This document shows, in pieces, positions 37,770 to 52,452 of a DNA stretch of 64,000 nucleotides (within the stretch, counting starts at the first letter, position 1; every line of letters begins with the position of its first letter). The DNA is from Octopus sinensis. Taxonomy: Eukaryota. Made by a program: the position numbers and the translations under genes. The notes under the pieces were generated by a model. It made no database searches and was not told where the DNA came from. It saw only the letters and a list, made by a program, of their open reading frames with translations. Location of the stretch: assembly GCF_006345805.1 (NCBI RefSeq), contig NC_043002.1, positions 6,882,001 through 6,946,000 of the forward strand, read 5' to 3'.

Positions 37770-39695
37770 ATATATATAAACTTTTTTCGACAATTGTTTA
37801 GGTTCAGTCATTTTAAATGGAGCATATATTATCAAATAATATATAACTATAATGATCATTAAAAGAACATATGTGCGCAACTCTACACTGTAATTTACAG
37901 CCTTCGTGTTTGTTTACAAATTTATAAATATAGATACAGACAAAAGTTATGTATACATTAAAATTGATTGAAATTGATAGATGGTATATGGGACCGAATT
38001 GGGTAATTACGAAGCCATGTATGCATTGATACCGTATTCAATTAGGATTGGTTCTGCCCATCTTTGTTTATTAATTGATATATATATATATTATTATATA
38101 TCTATATATATATATATATAATATATATATATATATATCAATTAATAAACAAAATAAGCAACAAGTATATCCGAGGTAATGTGGTACAATCGTTTCATGA
38201 TACTTCATTTTATTAAACACTGTAAGATTTACATCAGTTTTAAAATGTCGAGCGATCTTGTTGCTTATTTTGATTATAATCACACCATGGATTCATATGG
38301 ATAATACCATACAAAATTCTGGTGCCTTTGACTTAAGTACCATATTCATCTGAATCTAAATTTTGCTGAACTTATATATATGGGGAGAGGGTAATAAAAT
38401 CAAAACATACTAGTTGAAAAATACCGGTTTTAACCGGTTGCCTTTAAACTGTCCTCACATATTCTGCAACGTCATTATTTCCCAAGAATTACATTTACTG
38501 ACATTAATAGAGTTAATTCCCAACCAGTTGATTTTAGATACAATCCTTAGATAGAGCTATCATGTGATAATTGTCTGGATAAATCCACTTTACTGAAACT
38601 TTCAATTTACATTATTGCATTTTACTCTATGTTTATTTACTATGCAGAAAGCATGATCAATGCCTGTATTTTGCCATCAGTTCTGATACATAAACCTCAG
38701 CAATTCAAGCCAGCCGTTTTCTGTATTCTTCGCTGAGAAGAACTAGTAATGCTGAAATATGACCTTTTGTGTCCCCAGTTCCATTTAAAAGAATAAATTA
38801 CTAATTTCTCTTTTATATTTTCCCCAAACTTTCATTTGCCTGATACTTTTAAGATTACATCGCTTCTACCGTTTGTTTTAGATTATACTCCTTTCTGTTG
38901 AAATAAAATGGCTTTTAATTTTAAGATATAACGAAGTATTTAATAAAATAAGTTCGTCCTTAAGCTAAGTCTTATAGCCTAAATTTTGATGGAAAGTTTT
39001 AATTTGCTTTTAATTTGTATTATAAAACAATGGGTAGTTTAAGGAGAGTAGGTATCAAAATGCTTGAATTTTCTTAGAGGGACTATTCTCTAATAATTGC
39101 ATAGATAATTTCAGTTAGTCGATATTTTCCAACTTACTGTGTCTCTTATCTTTTTTTCTTTACTTGAGGTACCATGCTGAAAGGCCATAGTCAAAGGAAT
39201 CAACCCAGTGCATAGATTTTTTAAGATTGATATGTATTTTATCAGTCTCTTTGGTTGGACAGCTATGTTACGGGAATCTAAACAGACCAACACGTATTGT
39301 CAAGCAGTGGTGTGGCACAAATACAAATAAAATGTGTGTTTGTGAGTGTGTACGTAATGCGCTTGGCTTAGATTTTCCTTTAGGGCTGGCCAGGTCGGAG
39401 CAATCTCAAGATTAATCAGCCGAAATTGCGAGAATGATCCGGTTCTTGACTGAAGATTGAAGGCTTCGAATGTCCCGTCTCTGCTTTTTGTATCGTCTTC
39501 TAGATGTTTTGCGTTCTTGTCCCATTTTGTATTTTTTTACATACACACACACACACACCACACATATATATATATATATTATATATATATATATATATAA
39601 TATATACATACATATATATATATATATAATATATATATAATATATACATATATATTATATATATATATCTATATACATACATATATATATTATAT

Positions 39696-39728
<33 letters not shown>

Positions 39729-39737
39729 CATACTATA

Positions 39738-39769
<32 letters not shown>

Positions 39770-41555
39770 CACACACAAAGGTTTTATTTTTCACTTTCTG
39801 TCAACACAAACTCACAAGGGTTTCGTCGGCTAGGGACCATAGTAGAAGACACCTCCTGTGTATTTCATTATATATATGATGATGATGATGATGATGATGA
39901 TAATGATGATGATGATAATGATGATGATGATGATGAAATAGACAAATATAATGCTTAAGTACATGCATACATACATATGCGTGTACTTAAATATATGAAC
40001 ATTTGCATGTATGCAAGCAGATTGACTACATAGAAACAGTAATTCGGAGAAGCTTTTTTTTAAAACTGTAATACCATAAGGATGCACATTCGGAGGATCT
40101 TGCATTAAAAAAAAAGCTTAAAGAAATGCGTATGTTTAGTTTTAAAAAGCAGTAATAGTCTAGCGAGTAATTTAACATCGCCAACACCCTGGAAAGATCT
40201 GAGAGAAAGAAATACCAACAAAACATTGCAGAGATAACAGAGCTTAGTACTTACGTGTTATTACAGTTTTAGATGAACATCCTTTTTTATGATTTCATCT
40301 TATGAGATAAGAATGAAAAAAAAAGGAATAATAGAAGATTACTAGAAAATATCATGAGAAATTACAGATAACATTAGACGAAAGACAGACAAACATTCTT
40401 TGTAGATAGACATAAATAATAATTAGTTTTGTGTGAGAGATATTAACAGTGAAAGCACCAAGTATACGTAAAAAGCTTAAGTCCAGCCGTCATTTGCTTA
40501 TTATTATACCACGTAGATGATAAATTTAAATGATTTAGCATGAAACCTAGACAAATAATTACTCATAATCAGGTGCTTTCATAATAACGAGTCATGCACT
40601 GTCAAAGAATGGAATATATTGATAAAAGTAGTCAAAATCTTTAACAAACAATAATAATAAAATATGGTAAAATCGACTATTGTTAATATGTTTATTTCTT
40701 CTTATATATGCATCTGATTACAGATTTGTGAAAATATGAAGAATTAATGAGTACCAGACCAAATGTCGCCCAATTCAACATCAGCATCTGGCTCGGCGCA
40801 CAAGCGTCTTTATTACGTCCACTCTTTGGCAAATATTTGGACTGTCTTCAATCTGAGAACCGGATAGCTTGATGGGCTGTTCCGGGAACCTCATACCCAC
40901 GCGGTAGCCTCTATTCAGCCTCTCAGTTTGCCAGGAACAGCAGCCAAATTACCTCAATTACACCTGTCCTACTTTCTTCAGACAGGAATAATACATTAGA
41001 CATTATTTCAAAACAGACAATAATACAGGGTAATCAAGATTGGAAAGCCTTTGATCATAGATTTAAACGATCAAGGCTAATATGGTACACCACCTCGCGA
41101 CTCCTGGCTTCTTCCTTTTTTACTGGCTTAATGAAATGAACAAGATTTGTGTCTTTGGCATTCTTTAGAGAATCCATTACTCCTGGGAAGATAGGAGGAG
41201 GCTATCCTCAGTCCAGTTTCCAAATCTGGTCGCTTACAACAGAATGTACTCTTTTAAACGTACTCAAGGGTTAGTTCAGTGATGTTGAACCGTTGACATG
41301 CTTGAAAGTAGTGATATGTTGCATGGTCTTGGGTTTTAGGTGATACCCGATGGACTTTGGTAAATATATTCCTGCAATATCATGCTATGAAAGTTTATTT
41401 ATAAGCATTTATCTGAAACTAAACTCCAATGTATATACAGATATGTGTCTCTCCAATTATCAAAGAACTTATAATTTTGACATGCTGAGCCAAAACTATT
41501 TGTCGTTATCGGTTTAGGTGGTGGCGCTGCGTATTACGAGTACCATTCCAAAAGT

Positions 41556-41937
41556 GGAGGCGCAATGGCCCAGTGGTTAGGGCAGCGGACTCGCGGTCGT
41601 TGGATTGCGGTTTCGATTCCCAGACCGGGCGTTGTGAGTGTTTATTGAGCGAAAACACCTAAAAGCTCCACGAGGCTCCAGCAGGGGATGGTGGTGATCC
41701 CTGCTGTACTCTTTCACCACAACTTTCTCTCACTCTTACTTCCTGTTTCTGTTGTACCTGTATTTCAAAGGGCCGGCCTTGTCACTCTCTGTGTCACGCT
41801 GAATATCCCCGAGAACTACGTTAAGGGTACACGTGTCTGTGGAGTGCTCAGCCACTTACACGTTAATTTCACGAGCAGGCTGTTCCGTTGATCGGATCAA
41901 CCGGAACCCTCGTCGTCGTAACCGACGGAGTGCTTCC
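41556..41937 (+). mobile_element. SINE family B, full length, with TSD
   Basis: 12-bp TSD accattccaaaa at 41542-41553 and 41938-41949. Confidence 0.95.
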
Positions 41938-42374
41938 ACCATTCCAAAACCAGAACGATCCATCCTATGATCTGCCACACAGTTTTCGCTTACCAGTTCT
42001 AGTGTTGTGCTTTTGATGAAGCCAGAAAGAATGTAGCTTAAATGTGAACTTCTTAAACACAAAACCATATTTGTATCTTTCACCCACAAATTAAAGCTTA
42101 AAAAACAACCTGCAGTATAGTATAAGGAGAAGATGAAAAGTAAAGTCCACCATAGTAAGTTTCTGACAAAGAATCTAAAGGGACGTAATACTACCGAATC
42201 TGCAATGGACGCGCCTTTACTGTGACATTAATAGAAACTTCGGAGGTAAACTATTGGTTAATAAACATAAAGGCATAAATCAAATATTGATACGAGACAA
42301 TGAGGAAGCTTCTACTTGGTTGCTGGACTTACTTGTAATAATAACAACCAAATCTTTCTCAACTCCCAACATTC

Positions 42375-42530
42375 TGTCTGACACTCTGTGTCACGCTGAA
42401 TCTCCCCGAGAAGGGTACACGTATCTGTGGAGTGCTCAGCCACTTGCACGTTAATTTCACGAGCACGCTGTTCCGTTGATCGGATCAACTGGAACCCTCG
42501 GCGTAGTAACCGACGGGGTGCCAACATAGG
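42375..42530 (+). mobile_element. SINE family B, 3' fragment
   Basis: ctctgtgtcacgctgaatctccccgag...ggaaccctcg...gtaaccgacgg. Confidence 0.85.
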
Positions 42531-42626
42531 GGCAACATATATTTACAATAGACAATGGGATTTCGAACAACTCTGTCCACGAATACATCGTACTTTATCT
42601 CCTGTCTTTCTCATATTCATTTAATA

Positions 42627-42903
42627 CAGTAGTGCTTCGGTTTACGAACGCCTCTGATCACGAATAAATTGTGCTATATATATATATTTGTATTATTATC
42701 TTATCTATTGATTTATACAATATTTTGTATGCTTTTGATGGTCTCATTTGTAAAATGAATAGATAATATAACATTAAAATATCCGTAAGTTGATGAACAA
42801 ACTAAATTTGTTTCTCCATTTTCTTATTTGTATTATATATATATATATATATGAAGCCTGATTTATTCGCGATCAGAGTTGTTCGAAAACCGAGGTACTA
42901 CTG
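42627..42903. mobile_element. pogo/Tigger-type MITE
   Basis: About 42-bp TIRs beginning CAGTAGT(G/A)C (6 mismatches); TA duplication at 42625-42626 and 42904-42905. Confidence 0.85.
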
Positions 42904-44171
42904 TATATCTCTATGTATGTATGTATGTATGTATGTATGTATGTATGTATGTATGTATGTATGTATGTATGTATGTATGTATGCATGAATGTATACACAT
43001 ACATCCTTATATATACATATGTATGTATATACATATGTATGTATATACATACGGGTTTCAGTATAGTTTCTTTGTATCACCTATCAGAGACATATACCTA
43101 TATGTTCTTCCCGTGTCTGTGTTTACATTTACGTCGACCTCAAAAAAACGGTGTTGTTTTTTGTGTAGTGTGCATTTATAACATATACTCTAGGTTTTCG
43201 AGACACCAGTTAATGTATGAGCGAAATAGCATCCTTCACGCTCCAACGTACGGACATATTTGATACTCATTTCTTCTTTCCTTTCCTTTATTCATTTCTA
43301 CCTCTCTGCCGTTTTTCTTTCTTTCCTTTTCCCTTTTTTCTTTCTTTCCTTTTCCCTTTTTTCTTTCTTTCTTTGTTTTGTTATTTTGTTCTTTTTCTCG
43401 TGTCCGTTCCTTTCCGCTTGGCCATTTCGTCTCTTTCGTGTCTGAAACACTTAAAACCACAATTCAAACGTAAAACATTCATGATGTTTGATATATTCAA
43501 CTGTTGCCCGACCATATCATTTGTGCGACCACTCTTTCTTCTTGAAAAATTCGCCAGCGACTGGAAACTTCACTGCACCAAAGGAACTAGAAATACCTCA
43601 AGAAAAAAAAAAGAACATATTTGAGATGGGGTCCAAACCCTGTCAAATCCATTTAAGTTGCTTTGTATTTTATTACTATTTGAGTGAAAACAAGGAGAGG
43701 AAGACACTAAGGATCGGCGAAAAACAAAAGCAAAAGCGACAAAGAAAAAGGGAAAAAAATATTTAAAAAATGAGGCAACTTAAAACATAGCAGGGTTCTT
43801 CCACCTTACATCCGCTTAAATAGTATAATGGAGAGTGTTCTTCGCTTAATTACTTCTTCAACTAAACGAATGATTGAAGAAATGAAAGAAAATAGTTATA
43901 AAAGAAGGGTAGTAAGAAAAAAGGTAAGATTTTTTTAATGAAATAAAAAAGACAAACAGACACGGAAAAAGAGTGGAGAGAAATTTTTTGAGTTCAGGGT
44001 AACAATAAAGGAATTATTAGCGAAACCACAACAAAAGTAGGTGCATCAAAATAAGATATTTACTAAAAAAATACATGTAAAAAATATAATTCTTCCAAAA
44101 TATGATATGGAGTATTTAATTGGGAGTGTTTTGGAGGAAATCGAGTAGGTATAACTTTCTCTCTCTCTCAT

Positions 44172-44245
<74 letters not shown>

Positions 44246-44824
44246 TTTTTTTCTGTAGGATGAGTCTCTCCTACTTGGCATGTGTCATATGAATTGTCTT
44301 CCGAGCGAAAGCAAGAATCAAAAAACGACAGTCGCTTCCTCCTAAATTTATTTCTCTCTCTCCCTCTCCCTCTCCCCCTCTCTCTCCCTCTCTCTCTTCC
44401 TCTCTGTTCCGCAGCCGTCTTCCTATGATGATATATCCTTCCACCACCACTCCCTCATTCTTCGTCATCCTCATTTTTTTTCGGTCTCTTCTCTCTTCCT
44501 TTGCGATCATTTCTTGGTTTGATTACATTATACAGTTGGCGGAGTTTGCTTTATAACATTGTAATGAGATAGCGATGGGCTACTTAATGCATACATATAG
44601 GTCGACGCACACACAAACACACACACATATGAATTTATCTATATCTGTACATCTCTACATAAAACACACACACACACAAACAGAAACATACACACACACA
44701 TATATATATATATATAACATAAATACACACTTACATACATACACACACACATACATATATACATACATACACACAACACAAACATTTTTTTTTCTAGTTT
44801 CAGCTCAGAGCTGCGGCCATGCTG

Positions 44825-44861
<37 letters not shown>

Positions 44862-44919
44862 CTGTGTGTGTGTGTGGTGTATATATATGTATATATATGT
44901 ATATATATATATATATATA

Positions 44920-44976
<57 letters not shown>

Positions 44977-45380
44977 TATATATATATATAAATAAACACT
45001 TACTTAGATACATACATACATACAGATAGACAGATACATACAAATTCTTGCTACTTCAAATAATTTGCCAAACTTAGACATTGGTCTTGGCTCCAAACAG
45101 AAAAGGATTCCAAAGAAATACAAAGAAATAAACAAATATAAAATGCAACGCTATCAAGTCCGATTATTATTTACACATCAGCGACTGACTTGATAAATCC
45201 TGTAATTAATATCTTAATGAAATTCCTTTGAATTCAACTTTATCAGTTTCTTTACAAGTCTGTGTGTGCACGCCTGTGTATGTTATAGTATATGTGACAG
45301 TGTGGTGTACATGTATGCTGGATGTATATTATGCATATATAATAGATATATAACATACATATATATAATAATAACATATA

Positions 45381-45437
<57 letters not shown>

Positions 45438-45439
45438 GG

Positions 45440-45470
<31 letters not shown>

Positions 45471-45477
45471 GTATATA

Positions 45478-45509
<32 letters not shown>

Positions 45510-46202
45510 ATGTATATATGTGTGTATTGTGTGTGTGTGTGTGTGTGTGTACTTACATATATACAAGATATAAAACGACTATGGAAATGAGTTTGTGAAT
45601 GAGATACCGAACTACTCATCCATATATCGAGTTCAAATTCGCTCCAGGCGCTTTCGGACTTTTTTTTTCTGTGAAGGATTCTTAAGTTGATGCAATTCAG
45701 TTCATTCACCAACAATCAGAACAGCGCTTTAACTACGCTAGACTGGCGTGCCAGCCAGGTGACTCTCTTTCGTCTTATTAATAAGGCCAGGAAACTGGAT
45801 ATCAGGGAAATATTTAGCATTGACTGAATCCGTACACGCACACACACACACAGACACACAGACACACTGACATACACTAGCATCCACATCAACACATATA
45901 GATGTACTTGCCTGTAATAGACACAGTAGTGGGGAAAGACTTACATATTTGCTTATATATATATTTGCTTACATATTTGCTTATAAATATATACATATGT
46001 GTGTGTGGGTGGTAAGTGTATAAATATATATGTGTGTGCATATATATGTATATATATATATATATATATATACACTGAGAAAATGGACTAGGTAAAATTA
46101 CTACCTGCTTTTATAGCAAGTTGATGCAGGTAGTTTATCCCATCCTCCTCCGATTTTAGTTCATGCAATTGAAAAAAAACCGTATTGTTTATGGGATGAC
46201 AC

Positions 46203-46274
<72 letters not shown>

Positions 46275-46289
46275 ATTTATATCTTTATC

Positions 46290-46402
46290 TGTTTCAGTAA
46301 TTTGACTGCAGCTATGCGGGGGTACTGCCCATTCTTATTTTAGCTCTGTTTTGTCGAACCACTATGGTTCGCGAACGTAAAAAAACAAATGTGTGTGTGG
46401 GG

Positions 46403-46460
<58 letters not shown>

Positions 46461-46635
46461 CACTACATACACACGATGGGCTTATTTCTTCCAGTTTGTA
46501 CCTACCAAATCCACTCGCAAGGATTGTGGTCGACCTCAGGTTATAGTAGTAGACGCTTGAGCAAAGCTCACACCGTGTGATTGAACCCAGAAGAATGTGA
46601 CTCGGAAGAAAGCTTTTTACCACATATACATGCAC
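46290..46635 (-). mobile_element. SINE family A, old diverged copy
   Basis: tttgactgcagctatgc...ctaccaaatccactcgcaagg...gattgaaccc. Confidence 0.72.
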
Positions 46636-46676
46636 ACACAACACACACACACACACACACACAACACACACACATT

Positions 46677-46708
<32 letters not shown>

Positions 46709-46910
46709 CATGAGAGGTTTTGGTATCCAGAAGACCCAAAAGGTAGGTAAGGCTACGTAAGTGCTACAGGAGGACCGGTGTTGACTCCCGGCTCGATAAT
46801 AGTATGAGTGACGAGTCTAACGCGGGTCGTGTGTGACCGTGTATCTGCTAAATGAGACAACAAAGCCAAGGCAGTCTGAAATTTGTAGGACATTTATAAA
46901 GAGAAAGGTA

Positions 46911-46957
46911 GTCTTACAGCTGTTTCTGAGATGTAAACGTATCCCATCACCAGAGAC
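46911..46957 (-). ncRNA. Minimal type I hammerhead motif (family H4), decayed
   Basis: Minus strand GTCT CTGGTGA TGGGAT-acgtttac-ATCTCA GAAAC AGCT GTA AGAC; core deviation A6G. Confidence 0.65.
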
Positions 46958-47303
46958 GATATGAGAGAATTAAATAGAATGAAATGCTGTTCTTGAACTT
47001 CACCACAAGAAGGACTCCACTCTCTGCTAAATATCTCTTTCACTGAATAGATTGTTTCTTTGTGTCTTGCTCAAACTGATGAAGCCAACACTGATCCTGA
47101 CTTACGAAACGTTCAAGGAACTCGGCTTGATCTGCCTCAAGCACTGTCAGATTTCCCGTAATGTAATCATCCTGGTGCGCTGTTGATCAGGTTTGAGATC
47201 TGGCTCTCACTGTGCAGATACCTTCGTTATGCCAAATTTAATGTGAAGAATATTCTCAACTCTCTCACGGGATATGCTAATTCCATTGGTTATTTGATTT
47301 ATT

Positions 47304-47537
47304 AAGGCGGCGAGCTGGTAGAAATGTTAGCACGCCGGGCGAAATGCGTACCCGTATTTCGTCTGCCGTTACGTTCTGAGTTCAAATTCCGTCGAGGTCG
47401 ACTTTGCCTTTCATCCTTTCGGGGTCGATTAAATAAGCACCAGTTACGCACTGGGGTCGACGTAATCGACTTAATACGTTTGTCCGTCCTTGTTTGTCCT
47501 CTCTGTGTTTAGCCCCTTGTGGGTAGTAAAGAAATAG
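47304..47537 (+). mobile_element. SINE family C monomer with TSD
   Basis: 15-bp TSD ggttatttgatttat at 47288-47302 and 47538-47552. Confidence 0.94.
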
Positions 47538-47552
47538 GTTATTTGATTTATA

Positions 47553-47817
47553 AACAATCGCCTGTTATCCATCAGCATATGATGAACACAATCAATGTTT
47601 TACTCGGAGGTGGCAGTTGCAGGTCATCGAGATTTTTAGTCATCTTCAAGGCTCTTCCTTCCCCTCCAAAATTTAGTTGCCCACTTGTGCATTGTTCATA
47701 AAGCTGGAGGGTCATCTCTAATATAGCAACCGTGTCAGCATGAATCTCCTTGGAAACTAAACCTTGTTTCTGCAGGTGCTTGATAACACCACGATACCAA
47801 ATTTTGTCCATTTTCAA
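47553..47817 (-). pseudogene. mariner transposase N-terminal (HTH) remnant
   Basis: MDKIWYRGVIKHLQKQGLVSKEIHAD, then after a frameshift ..KWATKFWRGRKSLEDD..R.PATAT...NIDCVHHMLMDNRR. Confidence 0.82.
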
Positions 47818-48377
47818 GAGAAGTCGCTACCAGTTGCTTTTGAAGTCTTTAAACAATCAGATGTCAGTTTGCCTGGGAAGAAACAATATACTCATTTACA
47901 AGAAGATTAAATTCTGATTAAAACGAATTTCCAGAGGAGCCAAGAATGAAATAGAAAACGTGTATTTCAAACAATGATAAGCATTTATTGAAAGCTTTTT
48001 ATGATATTTCAAAATATTTACAAATATCAGACAGCTTAAGAGAAAACTTGCCCAGATCTACAGCTGAAAATGCGGTAACGTGAAACTCAGAGTATTGCCA
48101 ATTTTGACGCTTCCTGAAAGATTACTGCACATTTACGCCTTGGGTTCTGAAATTTCTCGATTCTTGGTGAAACAACAATCATTTTATACAGACAGACATG
48201 CAGAAAGACAGACAGACACACAAACATAGACACACACAAAGAAACAAACAAACAAGTACATACATGTATACATACATATACACATACATGCATACATATA
48301 TATGTAGGAAATGTGTAAACATAACTAGAATGTATCTAAGCATACATACGTTTGTTCTCTGTATAAGAACATACACA

Positions 48378-48460
<83 letters not shown>

Positions 48461-49394
48461 CACCAACATTCATGCGCACATATACTTGTGTCCGCATGTG
48501 TGTGTGCGTGCATGTGTCTATGGGTGAGTGTATGTATGTGCGTGCGTATTCTTTGCATTATTCTCCATATTAAAAAGAAAGTGAAATACGCTGACTTGGG
48601 TTATGCTAACAGTGTTTGTTGTAAAATTTCATAAACAACTGGCGTTGATTTAATCAGAACCACATTACATATATCCCCAAGTGAAATGGCCGTCAATGAA
48701 GAGTATCTCTGTGCATCTTCATGTACGTTGATGCCGTCTTCCTTTTCGTCTTTCTCCTCGCTCTGTCTCGTTCACTCTTCCACGACCTCTGCACACAATC
48801 ATAAAATGAAAACAAGATGAAAAAAATCCACTTAAGCGTGCCGCCCCTAACTGTTTTAACTCTCCCTGTTCATAATCACTGAGCAAAATATCGATGTAAA
48901 TTCATTTATGTCTCAAGGGTATTATTTTGCTTTCACTGATATGATTTTCGAACAATCGTAGTTTCTTCTAATAACGCCTTCCGTTTCACTTGTACCATTT
49001 GATTCGAGGATATCTATATTTCTTCTCAAGTGGTGGTGGGTGTTTATATCAAGATTTCGCTAAAACTCCTCCCTGAACACGTAAAGTTGTATTTCTCTGT
49101 AGGTATAAATCTTTCTGTAATTGTAATATTACTCAGGCCTTGCTTTAATGCAATAGCTACAAAGTTGAAACGCTTCGCCAACTTTACAGATCTAGTCGTA
49201 CAATGTAATTTCTATTCGTATTACTTCTGTTTTCGTTTTACTTATTTTCTACATCTTTGCTTTTGTATTCATTTGTTTTACATTGCTTTACTAGCATTCT
49301 TAAGATATACACTCTCATAGCACACATGCAAGATATATTACAGTAGTGTACACACCAGTTTAAGCCACAAACGCATACGCATTATACGCACATG

Positions 49395-49447
<53 letters not shown>

Positions 49448-49549
49448 CATGTATATATGTATGCATGTATGTATGTACGTATGTATGTATGCTTATATAT
49501 ATATATACATACACACACACACATATACTTACATATATATAAATAAATA

Positions 49550-49602
<53 letters not shown>

Positions 49603-49645
49603 TGAGAGAGAGAGAGACAGAGATAGATAGATAGACAGATAGACG

Positions 49646-49756
<111 letters not shown>

Positions 49757-50004
49757 TTATACATACGAAAATATTGTAGTGCTGACGTTAATCTCTGTTA
49801 CATCTTGGAGTTTCGCAATTGTCAGTGATAATCAGTTTTAACATAGTTAAGACGTATCTATAATAGAATAACGTCAGTTTTGCAGTCAATGAAAGGAGCA
49901 TATATAAAACGTTGGTTATATATAGTGCATAAAATGATGTCTAAAACTAACACACAAATACAACTTAAGACAAAAACATGTACTTTCATACATACATGTA
50001 TATG

Positions 50005-50165
50005 TATCTTTGATTGCGGCTATGCTGGAGCACCGCTTTTCTAATCAAATAAATCGTCCCCAATACTTTTTTTTATGCCTGGTATTTATTCTACCATTCT
50101 ATTTTACCGAAACGCTAAGTTAAAAGTACAGAAACACACCAACACCAGTTGTCAAGCGATGGTGT

Positions 50166-50204
<39 letters not shown>

Positions 50205-50245
50205 TTGGAAATGGATACGTGGCGTTCAATTAAATTATATATATA

Positions 50246-50287
<42 letters not shown>

Positions 50288-50297
50288 TATATATAGA

Positions 50298-50336
<39 letters not shown>

Positions 50337-50484
50337 TTAAATATTTGTTGTGCAAGATTTTTTATGTGAAGTCGTGTGTTGAAACAGATATGTTACATTT
50401 CGGAATGGTCATAATAACACCAAATATATAGTGCGTGTGTTTTTATTGGTTAAACTGGCAATATGACCATTCCGAAATATAACA

Positions 50485-50518
<34 letters not shown>

Positions 50519-50775
50519 CGTGTACAGGACGTCACCAATTGTGTAAACAACATGAAGTACGAAAACAAACGAGTTAAATACGCAAACAACGAGAGAAAAA
50601 ATGGAAAACATGATACTTACTCATGCGACGGGTTACTTCCAGTCTCCGTCGACGATATCTACTTATAAGCCTTTGATCGGTCTGATGATATAGTAGAAGA
50701 CACTTGCCTAAGGTGGTTTGCAGTGGCACAGAACCCAGTGCCATGTTGTTGAGAAGAAAACTTCTTGCCACTCAC
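50005..50775 (-). mobile_element. SINE family A, diverged, interrupted by (TA)n and other short repeats
   Basis: Tail half at 50005-50170, head half at 50630-50775. Confidence 0.7.
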
Positions 50776-50888
50776 CAACAACTGCATCTATATCTATCTA
50801 TCTACTTTTACCATCCATCTATATATCTGTTGTATCCATATTTATGTAAAACACCCCCCCACACACACACACATAGCAGATATATATA

Positions 50889-51225
50889 GGAGCACTCCGT
50901 CGGTTGCGACGATGAGGGTCCCAGCTGATACGATTAACGGAAGAGCTTGCTCGTGATCGTAGTTCTCGAGGAGATTCAGCGTGACACACAGAATGTGACA
51001 AGGCTGGCCCTTTGAAATACAGGTACAACAGAAACAGGAAGTAAGAGTGAGAGAAAGTTGTGGTGAAAGAGTACAGCGGGGATCACCACCACCCCCTGCG
51101 GGAGCCTCGTGGAGCTTTAGGTGTTTTCGCTCAATAAAAACTCACAATGCCCGGTCTGGGAATCGAAACCGCGATCCTCCGACCGCGAGTTCGCTGCTCT
51201 AACCACTGGGCCATTGCGCCTCCAC
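50889..51225 (-). mobile_element. SINE family B with an internal deletion
   Basis: Reverse complement of the 41556 copy, lacking about 40 bp. Confidence 0.9.
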
Positions 51226-52291
51226 AGCAGATATATAACAGATACTGCTTAGTATTGTCACCCACATACAAACAAATATTAAAAAAATCATGCATGAAGA
51301 TATAATACTATCAGTTAATTTGGACTCAAGACAATGTTTACCATCAGGTCGGTCTTCTATACAAGTTAAATATATTTGTTAAAAAGGTAAGAGCGTTAAC
51401 AACTAGTGAATTATCTCTTCGGCATTTACCAACTTATCCGATATATGTTAATTCTGCCGGACAAAGAAACCGAACAACTTGTTGCTAGAGGGCACACTTA
51501 ATGTAAGTGTTGACAAGTGCATCAGTGCCTCTTGACAACGTTCCATCTAGAGATGGTCTAAATCTGAGGTTCACAATCATTTTTTGCTTTAGCCTAAACT
51601 CTGGATTCACAAGGAACACAGTTGCTAGCTGCTCCTGAAAAGATCAGAGAGGAACAGCGAGAAGATATAATAAAAAGAGGAAAACGATGCAGATGCGAGG
51701 AAATGAATGTAGACGAACGTCAAGAATATAATAATAAGGCTGAACTCTTTTACTCTTTTACTCTTTTACTTGTTTCAGTCATTTGACTGCGGCCATGCTG
51801 AAGCACCGCCTTTAATCGAGCAACTCGACCCCGGGACTTATTGTTTTGTAAGCCCAGTACTTATTCTATCGGTCTCTTTTTGCCGAACCGCTAAGTGACG
51901 GGGACATAAACACACCAGCATCGGTTGTCAAGCAATGCTAGGGGGACAAACACAGACACACAAACACATATATATATACATATATACGACGGGCTTCTTT
52001 CAGTTTCCGTCTACCAAATCCACTCACAAGGCTTTGGTCGGCCTGAGGCTACAGCAGAAGACACTTGCCAAGGTGCCACGAGTGGGACTGAACCCGGAAC
52101 CATGTGGTTGGTAAACAAGCTACTTTATTTCAAAACATTTGCCATAAAGGCAGTACACAGATTAAGTTAGCTTTGCGGGCTGGACGAGGACATTAATGAA
52201 GTGAATGATAATGAAAGAAAGATGATAAGGATGGGAGAAGACAAAAGCGCCCGCCGACTTTCGCTTCTCTAAAACATTGTTCTTTTTAAGG

Positions 52292-52438
52292 ATAAACACA
52301 AAACGAGGTATTAAACCTCTTACAATTTTTCCAATTTTTGGATTTAGCAGTCCATTATTAATAAAAATAAACACAAAACGAGGTATTAAACCTCTTACAA
52401 TTTTTCAATTTTTGGAGTTAGCAGTCCATTACTAATAA
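52292..52438. repeat. About 74-bp tandem duplication in the element's 3' UTR
   Basis: ataaacacaaaacgaggtattaaacctcttacaatttt...gcagtccatta occurs twice. Confidence 0.9.
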
Positions 52439-52452
52439 TAACAGTTCAATAA

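Noticed and set aside
39430-39485. CTGAAGA...GAATGTC as a hammerhead
   Set aside because: GAAA is broken, stem II is implausible and there is no stem I.
41556-41630. Functional tRNA genes at the SINE B, A and D heads
   Set aside because: A and B boxes are present, but the acceptor stem does not close and each head runs into a SINE body with TSDs.
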